Part shown: one piece after another, positions 1 to 10,539 of the stretch
How positions within the stretch are numbered: the stretch's first letter is position 1
How the letters are laid out: each line of letters starts with the position of its first letter
Virus record (IMG/VR): IMGVR_UViG_3300025099_000004
Span: 1-56,902 of that record
Length of the DNA stretch: 56,902 nucleotides
Source: a virus
Lineage: Duplodnaviria > Caudoviricetes
Strand: one strand, 5' to 3'
Translations under genes and position numbers: made by a program
Notes under the pieces: generated by a model
What the model saw: only the letters and a program-made list of their open reading frames with translations
The model's database searches: none
Told to the model about the DNA's origin: nothing

Positions 1-127
1 CATGTCTAACTTTGACGGGTACTTAGAACAAAACCCTGAAGCAAAGAAACAGATGGATATGTACAAGCAACAAGCTGTAAAGATGATGCAAGGTGGTATG
101 GTACGTAAAAACTATCAAGAGGGTGGA
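1..127. repeat. Terminal overlap, left copy (identical to 56776-56902); circular assembly overlap
   Basis: catgtctaac...gagggtgga is identical at both ends. The 127-bp length matches a common assembler k-mer, and the repeat falls inside a CDS. Confidence 0.95.
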
Positions 128-1816
128 ACTGTACCTCAAATTAAAAAAGATACTATTGATCGTATGGCTACAGGTGCTGTACCTGCAGGTGGCGAAGTTA
201 AAGCTGTAGGTACAGAAGCAGATATGATGAATAAAGGTGTGCAACTTGGTCTTTCCCAAGTTACTAGTGATGATCCTCGTGCAAATCAAACACAAGCCGT
301 TGCCAGTACTACAGATATATCTGATGAAGATGAAGTTAGAATCCAAACACCATCTACTGTAGCTACAACTGATCTTGCAAAGGCAGGAGATACTGTAGAT
401 GATGTAGTTGATAAAACTAAAGCACAAACAGGAACTGTAACAAAAAAAGTAGACGCACAAGAAACTAAAAATACTATGGTTAGTGACTTAGAGGCTGCAC
501 AAAGTAAGTCTGTAGAGGTAGCTGAAACTCAAAAACGTGTTATGGATATTAAAGAAGAAGTTAATCCTGTTGCAAATGCAGAAAGTGCCGCTAAGTTTAC
601 TGAAGAAATACAGGCAGCAACGGCTACACCTACAGACAAAGCTACAGTACAAGGACAGCTTGAAGATTTAATGCAGGACTTTGAGGGTGGTGCTACACCG
701 CCTTGGGCTGCAGGAGCAATGAGAAACGTATCTGCACAAATGGCGGCACGTGGTCTTGGTGCAAGTAGCATGGCAGGTATGGCTCTTGTACAGGCAGCTA
801 TGGAGTCTTCACTACCTATTGCGATGGCAGATGCACAAACAGTTGCAGGGTTTGAGATGGCTAACCTTAGTAACAGACAGGCACGTGCAATGCAATCTGC
901 AGAGCAAAGAGCTAAATTTTTAGGACAAGAGTTTGACCAAGCATTTCAAGCACGAGTAATGAACGCAGCTAAAGTTAGTGATATAGCTAATATGAACTTT
1001 ACTGCAGAACAAACTATTGCAATTGAAAATAGTCGTGCCGCTAATACTATGGAGATGTCTAACCTATCTAATAAACAAGGTCTTATTATGGCAGAAGCTG
1101 CAGCACTTTCACAATTAGACATGGCTAATCTTAACAATCGTCAACAAACACAAGTAGAAAATGCTAAATCTTTCTTGGCTATGGACATGGCTAACCTATC
1201 TAACAAACAACAAACAGAATTGTTTAAAGGGCAAGAACGTAGTAAGGCATTATTTAGTGATACTGCAGCAGAAAATGCAGCACTACAGTTTAACGCTACA
1301 TCTGAAAATCAAGCAGATCAATTCTTTGTAAATTTAAAAACTCAAAACAATCAGTTTAATGATGCACAAAAAAATGCCATAGAGCAAGCCAATGCAGGTG
1401 AAGCTAATGCACTATCAAAATTTAATTCTGAAATACAAAACCAACGTGATCAATTTAATGCAAACAATGCTTTAGTAGTTGCTCAATCTAATGCAGGTTG
1501 GAGAAGAGAAATAGCAACTGCTGAAACTGCAGCTATAAATAGAGCTAATGAAATAAATGCAACTAATGTACTTGGTATATCTAATCAAGCGTACTCTAAT
1601 CTTTGGCAAGAACAAGGTGATCTTATGGAGTGGGCATGGGAATCTGCAGAGGGTGAAAGAAACAGACAAAATGCTGTAACACTAAGTCATCTAGCAGCAG
1701 ACTCAGCAAGATCACAAGCTGAAATGGAAGCTGACTTAGCTTCATCGGCACTTATAGGAGACTTTGCTACAAAAGTAACAGTTGCTGCTTTAGGTGGTGG
1801 ATTTTTAGGAGAATAG
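2..1816 (+). CDS. Putative internal virion/ejection protein (Ala/Gln/Asn-rich coiled coil); true start is across the junction at 56705
   Basis: Long ORF with repeated D/E-MANLSNxQQ motifs, lying after the tail genes. The frame is continuous with ATG 56705 (MIQFQGFKPDAQKRIAGKLGYTGD-MSNF). Confidence 0.65.
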   Translation: MSNFDGYLEQNPEAKKQMDMYKQQAVKMMQGGMVRKNYQEGGTVPQIKKDTIDRMATGAVPAGGEVKAVGTEADMMNKGVQLGLSQVTSDDPRANQTQAVASTTDISDEDEVRIQTPSTVATTDLAKAGDTVDDVVDKTKAQTGTVTKKVDAQETKNTMVSDLEAAQSKSVEVAETQKRVMDIKEEVNPVANAESAAKFTEEIQAATATPTDKATVQGQLEDLMQDFEGGATPPWAAGAMRNVSAQMAARGLGASSMAGMALVQAAMESSLPIAMADAQTVAGFEMANLSNRQARAMQSAEQRAKFLGQEFDQAFQARVMNAAKVSDIANMNFTAEQTIAIENSRAANTMEMSNLSNKQGLIMAEAAALSQLDMANLNNRQQTQVENAKSFLAMDMANLSNKQQTELFKGQERSKALFSDTAAENAALQFNATSENQADQFFVNLKTQNNQFNDAQKNAIEQANAGEANALSKFNSEIQNQRDQFNANNALVVAQSNAGWRREIATAETAAINRANEINATNVLGISNQAYSNLWQEQGDLMEWAWESAEGERNRQNAVTLSHLAADSARSQAEMEADLASSALIGDFATKVTVAALGGGFLGE

Positions 1817-1817
1817 T

Positions 1818-2027
1818 ATGGCATTAAATGGACAAGCAATAGTAGCGTACAAACATTTTTTAAATAAGAGTATGTCAGGTACACCTGAAGTAGAAGAACC
1901 TACGTCTGGTGGTTTAATGAATAGAAATAGACCCGTTACAAAATCAGATAATGAAGATGCTTCACCTGATTTTCTTATGGATCAATTTAAACAGTTACAA
2001 AAACTGAGAGCAGGTTTAAAAAAATGA
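1818..2027 (+). CDS. Hypothetical late protein
   Basis: Coupled ORF with AGGAG RBS; ATGA overlap with the next gene. Confidence 0.7.
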   Translation: MALNGQAIVAYKHFLNKSMSGTPEVEEPTSGGLMNRNRPVTKSDNEDASPDFLMDQFKQLQKLRAGLKK

Positions 2028-2530
2028 TTGAAGATAATAGTATTTTTGATGCACCTATACCGGGCCAATCTTTAACTGCAGAGGTAGGTGCAAGACCGTG
2101 GCAACAACCAGCGCAGTTTCCTACTGTTGAAGGTGCATTTGAGTTTTATGTAAAGAAAATTACAAATCCAGAAATTAATAATTCGTTACTAGATGCTCTT
2201 GAAATGGGTACACCTGTAACATCTATTACAGAAATTCTTGTACAAAGTGGGGCAATGGAAGGTGTACATACTATAGATGTATCTATACAATTACTTCCTG
2301 TTCTTATGGAGCTTATAGCCTACATTGCTGAAGATGCAGGTGTTGAATATAATATGGGAATACAGAAAAAAATAGATCAAGACGTAATATCTGATAGTGA
2401 ACTGTCTGTTGCCCTGCATAAAGTAACGTCAAAAAAATCTAAAGAAAATAAAGAAATGCCTATGGTTGAACCTGAAGCTATGCCAGAAGAAAGACCACAG
2501 ACAAGTGGCATAATGTCAAGGAGAATGTAA
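2024..2530 (+). CDS. Hypothetical virion-associated protein (DAPIPGQSLT N-terminus)
   Basis: Coupled ORF in the late operon. Confidence 0.7.
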   Translation: MIEDNSIFDAPIPGQSLTAEVGARPWQQPAQFPTVEGAFEFYVKKITNPEINNSLLDALEMGTPVTSITEILVQSGAMEGVHTIDVSIQLLPVLMELIAYIAEDAGVEYNMGIQKKIDQDVISDSELSVALHKVTSKKSKENKEMPMVEPEAMPEERPQTSGIMSRRM

Positions 2531-3696
2531 TGGCTTTTAGTTTATTATCTTTTTTAGGTGGTGCTGCAGGTGCAGGTAGCCAGATACTAGATGAACGTAG
2601 AGAACAGAAAAGACGAGATGCTGAGTATGATAGGAAAACTACTGAACAACAGCAGTGGCAAATTGCTACTGAAACTAGGGCAGAAAATCGACAGAAAAGA
2701 AAAGAAAAAAGAGATAGAGCAGCGGAAATAGAAGAGTTACTTGAACAGGCTTCTTTATACTTTGACCCAAAGCACATACCTTTAATTTCAAGTAAGGGTA
2801 AATCAGGATTGGTAGCAGCTATTGATCATGCTAAAGCAATGGCCCCATTTAATATTCGTGGTAGTGACTTACTTAATTTAAATGGTGTAAATAATACAGA
2901 AGACTTTCCTACAGAAGATGAGTTGTCACAACTACCAAAAAAAGATAGTCCCTTTACAACAAATATGTTTTCTTCTATACCTACTGAACCCGAAAAATTT
3001 ACAGGTTCAAGTATACCAGCTAGATTAGAATTTTTTACAGATCTAGCAAGACGTGCTAAAACACAAAAAAAGAAAGACTACTATAATAATCTTGCAGTAC
3101 AAGCTCAAAAAGAAATTGATGCATCTAAGGAACCTACCCCTACTCAAAAAAGTAATACTGCTAGACAATTAATTGAATCATTTATTGATGATCAATTTAC
3201 TAATGACGGATTAATGGAAGTTGATCTTACAAAACAATATAAAAGAAGGACAGAAAATAATACACTAAGAGCAACTAAATTAATGACAAAGGCATATAGC
3301 ACAATACGTAATGATCCTAACTTTGTTGCGGATGGTAGTTTAGACTATCAATTAAAAATAAAAGAGGCTGAAGCGGCAGCAGTAATAAATGGTTTTAGAT
3401 CTGAAACATTAGCTAACTACAATAATTTTTTACAAGCCGAACAAGATTTACAAAATTTTACTCAAGGTTCTGATGAGTATGAACAACAACAAGCCGAAAT
3501 AGAGAACTTAAAATTTGACGTAAATAAAACTTTTATACCTCTTGATACATTAAAGCCTCTTACTTTAGAACAAGTAAATAAGGGAGCGTGGAATACGTTA
3601 GAAGAAAATAAATTAGTAGAGGTATTAAAACCTGATGGTACACGTGGGTACGTAATTAATACAGGCAGTGGACCCATAAGATTAGGACTTAAATAA
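2530..3696 (+). CDS. Putative internal virion protein
   Basis: N-terminal FLGGAAGAG followed by a charged coiled coil, typical of podovirus ejection proteins; position in the late arm. Confidence 0.55.
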   Translation: MAFSLLSFLGGAAGAGSQILDERREQKRRDAEYDRKTTEQQQWQIATETRAENRQKRKEKRDRAAEIEELLEQASLYFDPKHIPLISSKGKSGLVAAIDHAKAMAPFNIRGSDLLNLNGVNNTEDFPTEDELSQLPKKDSPFTTNMFSSIPTEPEKFTGSSIPARLEFFTDLARRAKTQKKKDYYNNLAVQAQKEIDASKEPTPTQKSNTARQLIESFIDDQFTNDGLMEVDLTKQYKRRTENNTLRATKLMTKAYSTIRNDPNFVADGSLDYQLKIKEAEAAAVINGFRSETLANYNNFLQAEQDLQNFTQGSDEYEQQQAEIENLKFDVNKTFIPLDTLKPLTLEQVNKGAWNTLEENKLVEVLKPDGTRGYVINTGSGPIRLGLK

Positions 3697-3697
3697 T

Positions 3698-6600
3698 ATG
3701 AGTGATCTTGATATAGATTTTTCTGACATAGAAGATTCTACTAATACATCTTTGCAAACTATTGAGCCTGTAAGTTCAAGTGCTTTGTCTGTAGATTTTT
3801 CAGATACTAAACTTGACACTTTTGCTACTGCAGAAAAGAAAAAAGAAATAACTCCTGTTTCTACATCTGTACGTTTTTCAGATAAAGAAATGAAAGATAT
3901 TTTTTATAGTGCCGATGAACCTGATCAATATAGTATGTCATCTATGGGTATGGGTCCATATGAAATAGATAGTAGAATTGAAGATGCCTTTAATAAAAAA
4001 GTTCTTAGTATTGATGAACAAGATAGAAAGTACAAAGAAGAAAAAGCTAGAGATGATGAAGCTATTAGAAGTGCTGAAGTTGCATTTGCTGAAGGTGATC
4101 AGTCTGCAGGTTACGCACTAGAGGCTGCAAAGAAAGCATCTAAAGAAAGAACATCTTTTAAGCCAAAGTCTAAAGAAGAATTAGAGCAATTACGTAACGA
4201 TATTTACTACATGTCTACAGAAGATGATAATGTAGGTAGAAGAGCGATTACAAATGCTATGTTAGATAAGGGCTTTGATTTAGAAACAATAAGCTGGACT
4301 GTACTTGGGACTGAGATAGCACCTATTACTGGTGGAGTAATGGCTGCACTAGAAATTCCTGAAACTGCTAAGATTGTAAGGGAATTGTACAACCAAGGTG
4401 ACTATATATCTATGGCTCCGATACTTGGTATGCAGCTATTTGATATTGGGGCTGGGGTATTAGGTGTAAAGGCTGCAAGTAAAGGTGCAAGGTCTATACT
4501 AGGCACAAAAGATATTAAAAAACGAGTAAGAAACAAAGACAGAATAGTTGCAATAAAAGCAGTAGAAGCTGAGATGAAAGCTAAAGCATTAGCAGAAGCA
4601 AAAAAAGTTGCCAAAGCAAACTCAAAACTTAAACAAGATTTAATAAAAGAGTTTGAAGAAAACACTGGTAAAATTATATCGGATACAAAGACGAATAAAA
4701 AAGGTGTTGAAACTAAAACAATAAATCAAGACAAGGCTCGTATAGCAGGTAATGAAATTAATGAAGAGCTATATGCTTGGCAAGAGGCACGTAAAAAAGA
4801 ATGGACACGTACCAAGGGAGATGACGCTGCACGAAAAGCATTAAACAAAAAGTTCAAAGATGAAGGAGACTTTGCAGGTACTTCTGATGAACAGATATAC
4901 AGAGACTACGTAAAAGAAAATGATATGGTAGTCAATCCTGTACTTAATCCAGACAAGCTAGATTCTCTTATTGCTGTAGCTGCATACTTAGGAGAAAAGA
5001 AACCAAAAATATTTAAGCGTCAGGCTTTGATGTCTCCTAGTGGAAAAATAGTAAAAGAGAAAGGAAAGATAAAGAAAGAATCTTTCTCTGATATGATATT
5101 TAGACTTGCCGTTAACAATGAGTTTGGTGACGATGATGCTCTAGCAGAGGCTTTAGTTAAGTATGGTCTATCTTATGATGACTTTATGCTAGCTGCAGTT
5201 GGGTCATCTACTAAAGCTGGACAAATACTAAATAGATTTTCACAAGCATCACGTGCAGTATCTCCAAGTGTAACATCTGCAGCTAAAGATGTAGTTGAGG
5301 CAGGTGAGCGTAATCCTTTTGTACAAGGCTTTCTAAGATTTGAAAACATTCGTAGGGGTTCTATGACTTCTATGGTCAAAACTGCTATGCGTAATGCTCA
5401 ATCAGGTATGTTGTTAATGCCAGCAGAGGTACTAACAAAAGGTTTTGATAACACTTTGTTAAGTATGACAGATGCCTTTAGAGAAAAAGGTATTGGTTCT
5501 GCACTTGCTGCGGGTGCAAAGACAGTTACGCCTTTTACAAAAGCAGGTAGAGACAACTGGTCAGGGGCAACTCGCTCAGTACAAAGGTTGTTTGGTGATC
5601 CTAGATTTTCAAAACAATTAGCAGAGGTTATATTAGATAGACCTGAGTTTGAAAAAGATTTCTTACGTATACGAGATAACATAAATGAATACAGAAAATA
5701 TTCTGGAAGAGGAAAAGGTGGAGTAGCAGACGCAACGTTTTCTAAATTAGAAGACGTAGTAGATGTACTGCAAATACCTAACAAGATTCAAGAATATATG
5801 ATACGTCATGCTGCATTTAATGGTGAGCTAGAACGTTTACTTAAACGTGAGTATAAAGTAGAATTATTGGATGTACTTGAGGAAGGTGGAATACAAGATT
5901 TAATTAGTAACACATCTAAGTATAGACCAAAAGGTGCAAGAACATTTGAAGAGATAGTCTCAGATAGTACAGACCACGCATTAGAAATGACATACGCAAG
6001 TATGCCTGATAACGCTATGCTTGCAAATGCTACACGTTTTATAACTAATAATGGTCTTACTGTCTTCGTACCTTTCCCAAGGTTTATGTTTAAGTCACTT
6101 GAAATGATGGCTCAATTTTCTGTAGGTGCAGGTAATCCTTTGTTAAAAAGAGTTGCAGCCTTTGACATGAAGAAGCCTTTAACTAAAAACGAACGAAAGT
6201 ATATATCACGTAATATTGTAGGGGCAATGGCAATTACTGCAGCCGCTGGATACAGATCGGGTTTATTTAATTCAGATGATGTACCTGCAGACTACAAAAA
6301 GATGAACGCACCTGACGGTACGGTAATAGATACCACTGCACAGTTTCCTTTGAGACAATTTTTATGGTTTGGAGAAGCTGCAAGACGAATAAAGAATGAT
6401 ACTTTTAATGATTGGTTTAATAAAAAAGAAGCTACAGAAACTTTTTTTGGTCAAAGCTTTAGAACAGGTACAGGTAATATATTTATTCAAGAAATGGCAG
6501 ACATTCTTTCTGGTGCAGAAGATCCAGCAGGGCAGAGCAAGGCAGGTAAAGCGTTAGGAAGAATAGCAGGAGATTATATAAGTAGTGTTATAGTTCCTCT

Positions 6601-7318
6601 TACACAAGTAGTAGATGCACAAAGAGCAACAGGATATAGAACTACTGAATATGCAGACTATGCTGAAGATACTACAGACCAAGGATTTTTTGAAGGTGTA
6701 GGTACACAGGTAAAAAGATCTCTTGGCTCACGTGGATTTTTAAATATTACTGATCCATCATCTGATAAAGACAGACCACGTAGAGAATCTATATTTTCTT
6801 CAGATAGAAAGCGTGAAAACGTAGCTCTAAACTTAGGACTAGGTATATCTACTGTAACTAGAGACGATGAGTATGCGGAGTATATACAGGGAATGGGTTT
6901 CACAGAGTTTGAATTATCAAGTAAGTCTAGGACACCATCCATTAGAAACAGAGAAAATAAACTTATACGAGATAGGCTACCTATTTTAGCACAGGCCGCT
7001 AAACAATTAGAGCTTCAATTAAGAGTTGATTATTTTAAATTACCTGATAGTATTAAGAAAAGATATAAACAAGATGCTTGGGTTAACATGGAGTTAAAAG
7101 ATTTTGTAAAAGAAGAAATGAAAGGTATACGATCTAGCATTAGAGAATTAAGAACGCTAGGAACAAGTGATGCAGTAGTTTTAAGTGAAAAGTTTGGAAG
7201 ACTAGGAAAGAATAAAAGAAAGGTTGCAATTTCTAGGTTTTATTCTAACTTTAATGAACCGCCTAACTTATCAGATGCAGCGGATTTAGAAACGCTTATA
7301 GAATTATCTAAGCAATAA
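3698..7318 (+). CDS. Large putative internal virion (ejectosome) protein, 1206 aa
   Basis: Largest ORF, helical, last gene of the structural arm (T7 gp16-like position). Confidence 0.6.
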   Translation: MSDLDIDFSDIEDSTNTSLQTIEPVSSSALSVDFSDTKLDTFATAEKKKEITPVSTSVRFSDKEMKDIFYSADEPDQYSMSSMGMGPYEIDSRIEDAFNKKVLSIDEQDRKYKEEKARDDEAIRSAEVAFAEGDQSAGYALEAAKKASKERTSFKPKSKEELEQLRNDIYYMSTEDDNVGRRAITNAMLDKGFDLETISWTVLGTEIAPITGGVMAALEIPETAKIVRELYNQGDYISMAPILGMQLFDIGAGVLGVKAASKGARSILGTKDIKKRVRNKDRIVAIKAVEAEMKAKALAEAKKVAKANSKLKQDLIKEFEENTGKIISDTKTNKKGVETKTINQDKARIAGNEINEELYAWQEARKKEWTRTKGDDAARKALNKKFKDEGDFAGTSDEQIYRDYVKENDMVVNPVLNPDKLDSLIAVAAYLGEKKPKIFKRQALMSPSGKIVKEKGKIKKESFSDMIFRLAVNNEFGDDDALAEALVKYGLSYDDFMLAAVGSSTKAGQILNRFSQASRAVSPSVTSAAKDVVEAGERNPFVQGFLRFENIRRGSMTSMVKTAMRNAQSGMLLMPAEVLTKGFDNTLLSMTDAFREKGIGSALAAGAKTVTPFTKAGRDNWSGATRSVQRLFGDPRFSKQLAEVILDRPEFEKDFLRIRDNINEYRKYSGRGKGGVADATFSKLEDVVDVLQIPNKIQEYMIRHAAFNGELERLLKREYKVELLDVLEEGGIQDLISNTSKYRPKGARTFEEIVSDSTDHALEMTYASMPDNAMLANATRFITNNGLTVFVPFPRFMFKSLEMMAQFSVGAGNPLLKRVAAFDMKKPLTKNERKYISRNIVGAMAITAAAGYRSGLFNSDDVPADYKKMNAPDGTVIDTTAQFPLRQFLWFGEAARRIKNDTFNDWFNKKEATETFFGQSFRTGTGNIFIQEMADILSGAEDPAGQSKAGKALGRIAGDYISSVIVPLTQVVDAQRATGYRTTEYADYAEDTTDQGFFEGVGTQVKRSLGSRGFLNITDPSSDKDRPRRESIFSSDRKRENVALNLGLGISTVTRDDEYAEYIQGMGFTEFELSSKSRTPSIRNRENKLIRDRLPILAQAAKQLELQLRVDYFKLPDSIKKRYKQDAWVNMELKDFVKEEMKGIRSSIRELRTLGTSDAVVLSEKFGRLGKNKRKVAISRFYSNFNEPPNLSDAADLETLIELSKQ

Positions 7319-7319
7319 C

Positions 7320-7352
7320 AAAAGGGGGCAATTAAGCCCCCTATTTTTTTTT
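7320..7352. terminator. Bidirectional rho-independent terminator between the convergent arms
   Basis: AAAAGGGGGC-AATTAA-GCCCCCT followed by a T9 tract, with an A-tract on the other side; lies between stops at 7318(+) and 7355(-). Confidence 0.9.
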
Positions 7353-7354
7353 GT

Positions 7355-7732
7355 TTATCGTTTGTCTCCATCACCGCCTATTGTACCTGCATCTTTTCTT
7401 GCTGACAGTTTTACCTCATTCTGTGCAGCTATCATACCTAATGTAAGATTAAGATCAGTAGCAAGTGCGGCACAGTACCATAGTACATCACCTATCTCAC
7501 TGGCTATTTGTTCTCGCCAATCTTCTGGCCTGTTTTCTATGCCATCACGTACAAGTTTCTTTACTTTGTTTGCTACCTCACCTGCCTCACCTGCCAAGCC
7601 TAGTGCTGGATAGAGTATACGGTGTTCGTCTGGATAGATTGCAGTCCTAGATGCACTACGTTGATATGCATTAAAGTCTGACATACTATACTTCTCCTTT
7701 AGAAATTGCTCTGCTTCTTGCTTTAGCCTCAT
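7355..7732 (-). CDS. mazG: MazG-like nucleotide pyrophosphohydrolase (start may be 7684)
   Basis: LGLAGEAGEVANKVKK...EIGDVLWY motif. Confidence 0.9.
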   Translation of the reverse strand: MRLKQEAEQFLKEKYSMSDFNAYQRSASRTAIYPDEHRILYPALGLAGEAGEVANKVKKLVRDGIENRPEDWREQIASEIGDVLWYCAALATDLNLTLGMIAAQNEVKLSARKDAGTIGGDGDKR

Positions 7733-7928
7733 TTTCTTTTACCCGTTTCAAGTTATCAAAGTAGGCTTTGTTAAAGCCCCTATTCCATTCACGATACTGC
7801 ATAGTATCTTGGTGAAAAGGATTAGCCTGACGGTTATATTTAAATCCATCAAAGCCCATACTGTACTGTACACGTAATGGTGCATCGTACTTACCTAAAC
7901 CACGTGCGGCTCTACTCTTCTTTATCAT
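7686..7928 (-). CDS. Small protein with RMF/CrpP-fold-like motif
   Basis: YSMGFDGF...NPF......EWNRGF resembles the RMF pattern GYxAG...CPY...W.GGW. Confidence 0.45.
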   Translation of the reverse strand: MIKKSRAARGLGKYDAPLRVQYSMGFDGFKYNRQANPFHQDTMQYREWNRGFNKAYFDNLKRVKENEAKARSRAISKGEV

Positions 7929-7940
7929 AGGGTTATCTCC

Positions 7941-8381
7941 TTATGCTACGTTAATTAACTGTGCTTCTTTGTAGGGTACATGATAGAACTGTTCCCCATT
8001 GTAGATGTTTCTTCCCTTTGCTTCCTTGAGTTTATCGTCTGTAAGTTGTGTACTATCAATACACCATGCCTTAGATAAGTCACCACTAAAAATGTAGAAC
8101 TTTAGATTGCCACTGTGCTTAGACAACAAACGTTTCTTGCGTTCTGGTATACGTATTTCTTCCCAATGAGTAGGCCAATCGCCTCTCCATGCAGTCTTTA
8201 CTTCTGCCTCATTGTGATATTGTACACCGTCTTTACTTGTTATTACGTCTGCATTGTAGGACTCCGTTGTATCTACAATGTCATGTCCCTCACCCTTGAG
8301 GTGAGAGATCAATGTCTGTTTAGCTACGCCATCATACTTACCATATAGGCCACGTGAAAAAGGTTTTCTGTATGCAGTCAT
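7941..8381 (-). CDS. Putative PD-(D/E)xK nuclease-fold protein
   Basis: AD...EAEVK motif. Confidence 0.5.
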   Translation of the reverse strand: MTAYRKPFSRGLYGKYDGVAKQTLISHLKGEGHDIVDTTESYNADVITSKDGVQYHNEAEVKTAWRGDWPTHWEEIRIPERKKRLLSKHSGNLKFYIFSGDLSKAWCIDSTQLTDDKLKEAKGRNIYNGEQFYHVPYKEAQLINVA

Positions 8382-8386
8382 GTGTA

Positions 8387-8602
8387 CTACTCCGATTCTG
8401 GTTTTGTTTCTTCTGGTTTGTTTGTTAGTTCATCCTTCAGTTTTCCTACTAGAATATTTGCAGTAGTTCTTACACTCTGCAACTGATAGTTCAATTGCGT
8501 TTGAACATTGTTATTGTAGTTAATCTCTGACAACAGATTATTCTGTAGGTCATTAAAGTTTTCTGATTCGTATTCAACTTCGTCTAACGTTATCTTAGTC
8601 AT
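8387..8602 (-). CDS. Hypothetical coiled-coil protein
   Basis: ORF with AGGAG RBS. Confidence 0.7.
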   Translation of the reverse strand: MTKITLDEVEYESENFNDLQNNLLSEINYNNNVQTQLNYQLQSVRTTANILVGKLKDELTNKPEETKPESE

Positions 8603-8628
8603 GCTATAGTTCTCCTTTTCTACACTAT

Positions 8629-10533
8629 CTATGAGATGTCTACTATCTCACATGAGTCACCACTGCAAGCTAGTGTCTGCATTGCATTGGTGTTATCGTC
8701 TTTCTCGTACTCAGACAGCCCAGCCCAATCAATTTTCTTAGGCATAGACTTTAATACCACATTATATATGTCCTTGTCTACCTCTTGATAAGGTGCTTGC
8801 TGATAACTATGATCAGAGTGTGGTAAAAATGACACACCTGACATCTCATCAAAGTGTTCATATACAAATGCACCTACCGCCATCCACTCACTGTCTCTTA
8901 CTGTACATGTTATGCTTGGTTTGTGTTCACACCAATGTCTCTGGTACATAAGCCATGTCTCTAACTGTTGAATAGCGGTCATGTCATTACGTGTAATAGA
9001 GTTTCTAGGTGCAACAATAGGAAAGCTAAACACTGTGGTAGTGTCAGGCTTCATTGCACATGGCTCTGATGGTACGCCTTGATCTTTCATAAACTTTGTA
9101 AGGCCATCTTTATTGTCACCACGTACAGTCCTGATGTAATGTTTACTGTGTCTTGCATGTATGCCTGATGCACTGTCTACTAATTGTGATACGGTTCCTG
9201 ATGGTTTAACACAGGAGATAGCAGTAGATACAGGTATGTTAAGTAACTCTGCCCACTCTTCGTTTGTACTAACTGCAACTTGTTTAAGATGCTCAAGTGT
9301 TTTGTCGAGTCCTTTGTTCTTCAAGGTCATCAATGGATTGTCCATCAACCCTGTAAGGGACACACCAAGTAAACGTTCCTCATCCGTATTGTTCTGCCAT
9401 ACCTTACGTAGATAAGGAAACTTAGTTAGGCTAGACTGTATTGTTCCAAGGATGGTAGCCATACGTACCTTTTCTTCTAATGACTCAATGTTATCTGTTG
9501 CTCGTACTACTACTTCCGTTAGGTTACAAAATTGATACGGCCTTAATATTATCTCACTGCATGGGTTAGTACCAAACTCATAATCAGGATTACGTCTACC
9601 ATTCTTTGCTGCCTGTTTCTTAGATGCTATACGATTAAAGATGCCACGTTCACCTGACTTGCTTTCTACAAGAGAGATCCACTCACGCATGAATGTCTCC
9701 ATGTCAGGTTTCTCTGTATAACATACTGAGTTGTTAGCCAATGCCCTATGTGCTGCAGTCTCCCACCACTGTCCTGACTTAGCGTGACGCATACGATCAT
9801 CACTCAAGTTAGATAGAGAAATCATGGCACTACGTCTTACGCCACCTACAACTACAATCTGACCAATAAAGCACATAAGATCGTGACACTCCATACTAGA
9901 TAGCTTACGTCCTTGTGCAGCTTTGAATGTAGATACTGCAAAGTTAAACAACTCTACCAATGGAGCAGGTCCACTAGCCCTACCACCAAATGTCTTGAGC
10001 CTTGCACCTGCAGGACGTACTTGACTTATATCCCACTTAGGTATCTCACCTGCCCATAGTAGTGCAAGTACTTGACGTAATGCTTTAGCCCAACCTTCCT
10101 TACTGTCCTTAACTACAACGGTAGTCTCACTGTCGTACAACTCAGGTACTTCTGGTAGCTTCTGTATTGACTGACGCTCTACACTAAAACCTACCCCTGT
10201 GCCACACAGTAAGATGTACATAGCTTCATCAAAAGATTTAGGATCATCTACTGGTAGATAGCTACAGTTAAATCCTGCAGTGTTATCTCTGTCTAGTGCA
10301 GGTCCAGCAGACATCATTGCCCTCATAGATGGCATAACATCTAATGATAGTATGGCCTCTTCAATGTCATTGAATTGTTTGTACGGTATCTGTGTAGATT
10401 TACGAACTACATTATTCATGTAACGTGTAACTGTCTCAGGCCATGTCTCTCTGCGTCCTTCATCGTCAAGCCAACGGGCATATCGTGACGTATGTATAAA
10501 TGCTTGGTAATCTGTTGGTAAGTAATTGTTCAT
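8629..10533 (-). CDS. nrdJ: Class II (adenosylcobalamin-dependent) ribonucleotide reductase
   Basis: PSMRAM, FNCSY, TNPCSEI and CVKPSGT motifs; C-terminal CSGDSC; no beta-subunit gene in the genome. Confidence 0.93.
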   Translation of the reverse strand: MNNYLPTDYQAFIHTSRYARWLDDEGRRETWPETVTRYMNNVVRKSTQIPYKQFNDIEEAILSLDVMPSMRAMMSAGPALDRDNTAGFNCSYLPVDDPKSFDEAMYILLCGTGVGFSVERQSIQKLPEVPELYDSETTVVVKDSKEGWAKALRQVLALLWAGEIPKWDISQVRPAGARLKTFGGRASGPAPLVELFNFAVSTFKAAQGRKLSSMECHDLMCFIGQIVVVGGVRRSAMISLSNLSDDRMRHAKSGQWWETAAHRALANNSVCYTEKPDMETFMREWISLVESKSGERGIFNRIASKKQAAKNGRRNPDYEFGTNPCSEIILRPYQFCNLTEVVVRATDNIESLEEKVRMATILGTIQSSLTKFPYLRKVWQNNTDEERLLGVSLTGLMDNPLMTLKNKGLDKTLEHLKQVAVSTNEEWAELLNIPVSTAISCVKPSGTVSQLVDSASGIHARHSKHYIRTVRGDNKDGLTKFMKDQGVPSEPCAMKPDTTTVFSFPIVAPRNSITRNDMTAIQQLETWLMYQRHWCEHKPSITCTVRDSEWMAVGAFVYEHFDEMSGVSFLPHSDHSYQQAPYQEVDKDIYNVVLKSMPKKIDWAGLSEYEKDDNTNAMQTLACSGDSCEIVDIS

Positions 10534-10539
10534 ATCTAT

